DNA from: an uncultured Nitrososphaerota archaeon
GTDB taxonomy: Archaea; Korarchaeota; Korarchaeia; Korarchaeales; Korarchaeaceae
NCBI GenBank assembly: GCA_964480775.1
Contig: CAYZRF010000003.1
Location: 60,001 to 92,000 of the forward strand
DNA: 32,000 nt
Direction: 5' to 3'
The first letter of the stretch is position 1, and the number at the start of each line of letters is the position of its first letter. Position numbers and translations under genes: made by a program. Shown piece after piece: positions 27,107 through 32,000 of the stretch. Under the pieces are notes generated by a model, which did no database searches, had not been told where the DNA came from, and saw nothing but the letters and a program-made list of their open reading frames with translations.

Positions 27107-28105
27107 TCACCTTTTTCTAATAATATTAAGGACTTCACTAACCCTTTGCAACTCTCTTAAGGTAGGAGTGAGTTGCAACAAGACGTGATCTATCCCTACC
27201 ACCTCCAACAAGTTTATTTTCTTGGCTACGGTCTCGGGCGATCCTACCAAACCCTTATCCAGTATGCGATTTATCAAATCCTTTCTTCCTTCCGTGATCC
27301 TTTCCACGTATTTCCTAGCATCTTCATCTGTCTCTCTGATGAACGCTAGGGCGGGAATAGCGAACTGTATCCTTCGTCTTCCCCTCTTCCTAAGTCGCTC
27401 CTGCATATCTACCACGTTTTTTCTTGCCTCTTCCAAGCTACAACTTTCCATCAACCAGCCATCAGTTTCATCGGCTGCGAGGTTACGAGAAGCTTCTGAG
27501 ACTCCAGCATACCATATTGGTGGTCTTAGATCTGGTTTAGGTTCCAATAGACCTTCGGTTATCGAGTAGTACTTCCCTTCGTAGGTAACCTCGTCTCCTT
27601 CCCATAATCTCTTTATGATCTGAATTGCCTCCCTTGCCCTTTCAACTCTGTTATCGTGTTCATAAAACGGCAAGCCATAGGCCTCGTACTCCCTCTTAAA
27701 CCAACCAGCGCCTATGCTCAGCCAAAACCTTCCCTTACTAATTTCAGCCAAGGTTACTGCTTGCTTTGCCAAAACAGCTGGGTGACGAAATGCTTCGCAA
27801 AGAGTCGTATGAGATATTATGACCCTTTCAGTCGCTTCAGCTATCGCTGTGGCAAGGGTCCAAGCCTCTAGGCAAGGTGCTCTTTCTCCTTTTATTGGAT
27901 TTAACATGTGATCAGGAATCTACAAGGAATCTATACCCATCTCTTCTGCTTGAATTGCCACCTTCTTCACGTAATTGTACGTAGGCGAATGTTCCTCCTC
28001 ATCAACACCTCGAAGCCATCCACCATAAACAGGCAGGTATATCCCGATTTTAACCGTTTTTAACACCCTATCAAGCACACCCGAAGGATCAATTAAAATT
28101 AACAA
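27107..28105 (-). pseudogene. Luciferase-like monooxygenase (LLM) family, F420/flavin-dependent oxidoreductase interrupted by one in-frame TAG (27920-27922)
   Basis: Two track ORFs (27920..28105 and 27107..27907) are in the same frame. Joined, they read ...VKIGIYLPVYGG...AEEMGIDSL*IPDHMLNP...LEAWTLATAIAEATERVIISHTTL...GRFWLSIGAGW. The TAG sits where the family has the conserved Trp (G-x-DS-x-W-x-x-DH). A likely real start is the GTG at 28066 (MLKTVKIGIY). Confidence 0.75.
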
Positions 28106-28230
28106 CCACGAAATATCTCAAAACAATTGTCTATGCATAAATCCCCTAAATTTAGTGAAAATAAATCATCAGCACGATAGGATGATGGAATAAGAGGTCT
28201 CATCCAAATTTTCTTGAGACCATTTTTCCA

Positions 28231-29526
28231 TTGGAAAATGAAAAATTTGTTACCCGTTTTCTCTACAAGATGAAATTGTACAAAGTGAAAGATATATCGC
28301 TTGCTCCTGAGGGAAAAAAGAAGATAGATTGGGTCTCCAGATTCATGCCTGTCCTAAACAAGATAAATGAGGAATTCAAGGAAAAAAGCCCTCTAAAAGG
28401 TTTGAAGATAGCCTGTTGCCTACATCTAGAGATGAAAACTGCTTATCTGACATTAGTTCTGAAGGCAGGCGGTGCTGAGGTCTCACTAGCTGGTAGCAAC
28501 CCTCTTTCCACGAAAGACGATGTTTGCGCAGCCCTAGCCACAGAGGGGATCAGGGTTTACTCTTGGCATGGAATGACAAGGGAGGAATACTATGAGAATC
28601 TCCACAAAGCATTAGACATCGAACCAAACATAATAATAGATGACGGGGCAGATCTTACGGCAATATTGCATAAGGAAAGGAAAGAGCTCATTCCAGATAT
28701 AATGGGTGGGAGTGAGGAAACCACAAGCGGAGTGATCAGACTTAAAGCTATGGAAGCTCAAGGAGTCCTCAGATTTCCAGTAATAGCAGTGAACGACTCA
28801 AAGTGCAAGTACATGTTCGACAATAGGTACGGAACCGGGCAATCAGCTTTCGACGGCATAATGAGGGCCACGAATCTTCTAATAGCTGGAAAAAACGTTG
28901 TAATAGTCGGCTACGGTTGGGTAGGTAGAGGCCTTGCAGTAAGAGCTAATGGTCTCGGTGCCAACGTTATAGTGACAGAAATAGATCCTATAAGAGCCTT
29001 AGAGGCTAGAATGGACGGATTCAGGGTTATGTCAATGCTGGAAGCTGCAAGAATCGGAGATGTCTTTATCACAGCGACTGGTAACATAAATGTTATCAGG
29101 AAGGAGCACTTCAAAATCATGAAAGACGGCGCTATTCTAGCAAACGCAGGGCACTTTGACGTTGAGATAAGCAAACCTGACCTTGAATCCTTGGCTAAGG
29201 AAGTTAATAGGCCAAAAGAAAACGTTACAGAGTACTTAATGTCAGATGGAAGGAGGATATACCTGCTCGCTGAAGGAAGGCTGGTCAACCTTGCAGCAGC
29301 AGACGGTCACCCGGCGGATATAATGGATATGAGCTTCGCTCTCCAAGCTTTAGCAGCAAAATACATAAAGGAATACTCTTCAGAGCTAGAGCCAAAAGTT
29401 TACAGACTTCCGGAGGAAATAGACAGGAGAGTCGCCGAGATAAAGCTTGAATCTATGGGAATTCAAATAGATAAGCTTACAAACGAACAAAAGGAATATC
29501 TGAAGAATTGGAAGGCTGGAACCTAG
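28231..29526 (+). CDS. ahcY: S-adenosyl-L-homocysteine hydrolase (adenosylhomocysteinase)
   Basis: The 431-aa ORF probably starts at the ATG at 28270 ([21 protein letters not shown]). Signatures: DDGADL, EETTSGV, NAD fold [10 protein letters not shown], and GHFDVEI. Confidence 0.92.
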   Translation: MENEKFVTRFLYKMKLYKVKDISLAPEGKKKIDWVSRFMPVLNKINEEFKEKSPLKGLKIACCLHLEMKTAYLTLVLKAGGAEVSLAGSNPLSTKDDVCAALATEGIRVYSWHGMTREEYYENLHKALDIEPNIIIDDGADLTAILHKERKELIPDIMGGSEETTSGVIRLKAMEAQGVLRFPVIAVNDSKCKYMFDNRYGTGQSAFDGIMRATNLLIAGKNVVIVGYGWVGRGLAVRANGLGANVIVTEIDPIRALEARMDGFRVMSMLEAARIGDVFITATGNINVIRKEHFKIMKDGAILANAGHFDVEISKPDLESLAKEVNRPKENVTEYLMSDGRRIYLLAEGRLVNLAAADGHPADIMDMSFALQALAAKYIKEYSSELEPKVYRLPEEIDRRVAEIKLESMGIQIDKLTNEQKEYLKNWKAGT

Positions 29527-30011
29527 CAAAGGCTCTCTCTGTGACGTTGAAGGAAATTGTAAAGCTTATGAACGATCTCTTCTTGGGAAGGGACCTCAAC
29601 TGCATGGGGAATCTTCCTTCTAACCTCTGAAAGAGCTTCAGAAGGAGTTAATCCATCTCTATAAACCAGGTAGCATGCAGCTATCGTACCCGTTCGCCCT
29701 ATCCCGCCATAACAGTGGATTAATACGGGTTTTCCTTCAGAAACTCTCTCGGATATCCATTTAACGAGCTTCATGCACTGATCAAGGCTTGGAGCTGAAA
29801 AATCCCTAATCGGGGAGTGGTAAACATCAAATCCTAAATCCCTTAGCTCGTTTAGATAGCTTTCAATGGACTTCCAAAGAGGAGCTATCTCATGATCCTC
29901 AATTAAGACTACAATCGCTCTGATCCCAGAATTTAACCAGCGAAGAAGATCTTTTTGACCATTAGGCATTGGGGATCCAGCTATCTCTCCCTTTCTTACC
30001 CATTTGAGCAT
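29523..30011 (-). CDS. Cys-based protein tyrosine / dual-specificity phosphatase
   Basis: 162 aa with the CX5R active-site loop [11 protein letters not shown]. The size matches small archaeal PTPs. Confidence 0.85.
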   Translation of the reverse strand: MLKWVRKGEIAGSPMPNGQKDLLRWLNSGIRAIVVLIEDHEIAPLWKSIESYLNELRDLGFDVYHSPIRDFSAPSLDQCMKLVKWISERVSEGKPVLIHCYGGIGRTGTIAACYLVYRDGLTPSEALSEVRRKIPHAVEVPSQEEIVHKLYNFLQRHRESLC

Positions 30012-30098
30012 TTTTCAAACCTAACGTCTGATGCTAATAAGCATCGCTAATATTGAGGCAAAGATTTTTACGCCTGTTTTTGGGAACTTGAGGTTGAA

Positions 30099-30998
30099 AT
30101 GAGGAACAGAGCAATTATCCTCCTGCTAGTGGCAAGTCTTGTGGTAAATGGTATTCAGATGTTTGTTTACATCAATGCAAGCTCAACTAATGCACAGCTA
30201 CGGGACTGGGTTGTTAGGCTCAGCGAGGAAAATCAGGCACTATCTCAACAGGTCGCTCAGCTAAACAACTCGCTTAGAGTTCTCTCCTCACAGCTCTCTT
30301 ATTATAAGAAGATTGCTGAGAAATCGACCTCTGCAGGCTATGAAGGGGGAGAGACATCTACAGGAAACGCTTCTGTATCTATTGTTGCAGTACGCATGAT
30401 AGGGCCTTGGTGGAGCCAAAGAATGGAAGGAGTTGTCATGAAAGCTTCTGTGCAGATAAAACCTGGAGAGGGAGGAGTATACGTTAAGACAAGCCCCTAC
30501 ATTGGAATAGATCTACAAAGTAGCCTAAATAACGCCATAACTGCTGTGGAATCCATAACTAATAGATCGCTAAAAAACTTCGATGTTTTCGTGACGATTA
30601 AGGCAGAGGAGGAGGTGGAGATAGTAGATGGTCCAAGCGCAGGAGCACCTCTAGCAATCGCAATCTTGGCCTCAGTGGAAGGAAAAGTCGTCAGATCAGA
30701 TGTTATGGCAACTGGAGTCATTTACCCTGATGGGACAATAGGCAGAGTAGGTGGAGTTCCTGAAAAGGCAAAAGCAGCAGCAGAAATGGGAGCAAAGGTT
30801 TTTGCAGTACCCCCAGGACAGTCTAAAGTTATCATTATGATTCCAATAACCAAGGAGATAGCTCCTGGTTTCTTCATCACTAGATACGAGGAGAAAGTGG
30901 TCTCATTGGAGCAATACCTCAAGGAGAACGGCTACGACTTGAAGGTCGTGGAGGTCTCAACCCTTAGAGAACTCTCAGATCTGATGATATCTGGATGA
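30099..30998 (+). CDS. Membrane-anchored S16 (Lon C-terminal proteolytic domain) serine protease without an AAA+ module
   Basis: 299 aa. It has an N-terminal TM (AIILLLVASLVVNGIQMFVYI) and a coiled-coil stretch. The catalytic Ser context is DGPSAGAPLAIAILAS and the Lys context is GGVPEKAKAAAEMGAKVFAVP. Confidence 0.75.
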   Translation: MRNRAIILLLVASLVVNGIQMFVYINASSTNAQLRDWVVRLSEENQALSQQVAQLNNSLRVLSSQLSYYKKIAEKSTSAGYEGGETSTGNASVSIVAVRMIGPWWSQRMEGVVMKASVQIKPGEGGVYVKTSPYIGIDLQSSLNNAITAVESITNRSLKNFDVFVTIKAEEEVEIVDGPSAGAPLAIAILASVEGKVVRSDVMATGVIYPDGTIGRVGGVPEKAKAAAEMGAKVFAVPPGQSKVIIMIPITKEIAPGFFITRYEEKVVSLEQYLKENGYDLKVVEVSTLRELSDLMISG

Positions 30999-31002
30999 TT
31001 TT

Positions 31003-31536
31003 CTATTCTTTTCTCTTAGAAGCCCACAGAATAGCCGAGATGGTTTTTAGATCTCTTATCTTTCCTTTTTTTACCATTTCAAAGGCTTCAGACAAATCCA
31101 CCCAGATGGCTTGCGTTATCTCATCTTCCTCAGGAGAGAAAGTCCCTTTTTGAAGCTCTTCAGCTAAAAAGAAAAAGAGCAGTTCGTTACTATACCCAGG
31201 GGCCACGTAGGCACGGAATATCTCCTTAACCTTTCCTGGCTTGTATCCTGTTTCTTCCTCTAATTCTCTCTTTGCGCAGTCTTCTGGACTTTCACCTATT
31301 TCCAAGGTTCCAGCCGGAATCTCCAGTAACCACTCTCTCACTGAATGTCTGTATTGCCTAATCAAAAGTATCTTTCCATGTTGAAGAGAAATTATAGCAA
31401 CAGCTCCAGGATGGTTCACAAATTCTCTTTTGATCCTTTTACCAGTCGGAGTCTCAAGCTGAGATACCCTCAAATCAAATACTTTACCGTAATATACCGT
31501 TTTTTCCTCTAGAATTTTCATTCTAAATACCCCCAA
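31003..31536 (-). CDS. NUDIX hydrolase (ADP-ribose pyrophosphatase-like)
   Basis: 177 aa with the Nudix box GTLEIGESPEDCAKRELEEETGY. Confidence 0.9.
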   Translation of the reverse strand: MGVFRMKILEEKTVYYGKVFDLRVSQLETPTGKRIKREFVNHPGAVAIISLQHGKILLIRQYRHSVREWLLEIPAGTLEIGESPEDCAKRELEEETGYKPGKVKEIFRAYVAPGYSNELLFFFLAEELQKGTFSPEEDEITQAIWVDLSEAFEMVKKGKIRDLKTISAILWASKRKE

Positions 31537-32000
31537 ACTTCATGGACTGAAACTCCCCTAACTGCCTACTACCTGACACTAAAGTTAGATGGGAACCATC
31601 GCACGAAACACCTTTAGAATGGAGTGCAGGCATTCCCTCTCTACAAGTTGCAAAAGTCATGCCAGCTTCCTCAACCATGGCCCTTACTCTTTCTAATATG
31701 CTTCTTCTCAGCCTGTACGGAAGATAAATATAGCCTCCTATCTTCTCTCCCTTGCTATAAAGTTCCTTAATCCAGTTAAGCTCTGGAAAAGAGGAAAGGA
31801 TTCTCTTGATGCTATCTACTCTAGCCTTGTAGGTAGAGGAGACAACATGTAACACCCCAGCCTTCCTAGCTCTGTTTACCACCTCTGATATGATTTCATC
31901 AGAGTCGTTTAGGCCAGGTATTATTGGATCGAACCTTAAGATGGTTGGAATTCCAGCTGAAGATGTCCTTTGAAGTGCTTTCATCCTATCCTTAGGAGAA
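31523..32000 (-). CDS. Radical SAM-family protein, C-terminal part (SPL/COG1533-like). The N-terminus lies beyond the right edge.
   Basis: The reading frame stays open upstream of the track's Met (codons 31985-31999 read S-P-K-D-R with no stop). Sequence: RFDPIIPGLNDSDEIISEVVNRARKAGVLHVVSSTYK...ATCREG. It overlaps the NUDIX gene start by 14 nt. The family call is tentative because the CxxxCxxC region is outside the window. Confidence 0.5.
   Translation of the reverse strand, partial: SPKDRMKALQRTSSAGIPTILRFDPIIPGLNDSDEIISEVVNRARKAGVLHVVSSTYKARVDSIKRILSSFPELNWIKELYSKGEKIGGYIYLPYRLRRSILERVRAMVEEAGMTFATCREGMPALHSKGVSCDGSHLTLVSGSRQLGEFQSMKFGGI

Noticed and set aside
27920-27922. In-frame TAG as a pyrrolysine codon or a reassigned amber codon
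   Set aside because: The codon replaces a family-conserved Trp by a one-base change. TAG ends many other ORFs in this window. No pyl genes are visible, and the local MttB homologue is the non-Pyl type. This is kept as a finding only as a pseudogene, error or read-through question.
29523-29526. Convergent ahcY and PTP genes sharing their stop codons in the palindrome CTAG
   Set aside because: It is real but trivial. Overlapping convergent stops are common in compact genomes and imply nothing functional by themselves.

Overview
The window looks archaeal and is densely coded. Evidence: a stand-alone MtrH homologue, a geranylgeranyl-reductase-type flavoprotein, a candidate class III (pilin-type) signal peptide, and A/T-rich TATA-like boxes about 25-40 nt upstream of start codons. 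It is moderately AT-rich by eye; I did not compute G+C. I support about 28 protein genes, no rRNA or tRNA, and no CRISPR array.

Main content, left to right:
1. A four-gene methyl-corrinoid module: a non-pyrrolysine MttB-family methyltransferase, a B12-binding corrinoid protein, a RACo-type reductive activase and an MtrH-type methyltransferase.
2. A tightly packed minus-strand operon: a GGR-like flavoprotein, a small GTPase fused to a wHTH, and a V4R-domain protein.
3. An 817-aa surface protein (PKD/CARDB outside) with an unassignable roughly 300-aa cytoplasmic helical domain.
4. Housekeeping and accessory genes: flavin reductase, threonine aldolase, KaiC-like ATPase, OPT transporter with a divergent TetR plus wHTH pair, threonine synthase, MBL hydrolase, nitroreductase, SAH hydrolase, PTP, Lon-like S16 protease, NUDIX hydrolase, and a radical SAM fragment.
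5. A 446-aa beta-helical VGG-repeat (bactofilin-like) protein.
6. An accessory-looking stretch at about 25.3-28.1 kb. It holds a Cys/Trp-rich secreted orphan, a 243-nt element closed by a perfect 12-bp GC-rich inverted repeat with nested helices (candidate structured RNA or MITE), and a luciferase-like (LLM) oxidoreductase interrupted by one in-frame TAG at the position of a family-conserved Trp.

All functional calls rest on motifs I can read in the translations. No database search was run.
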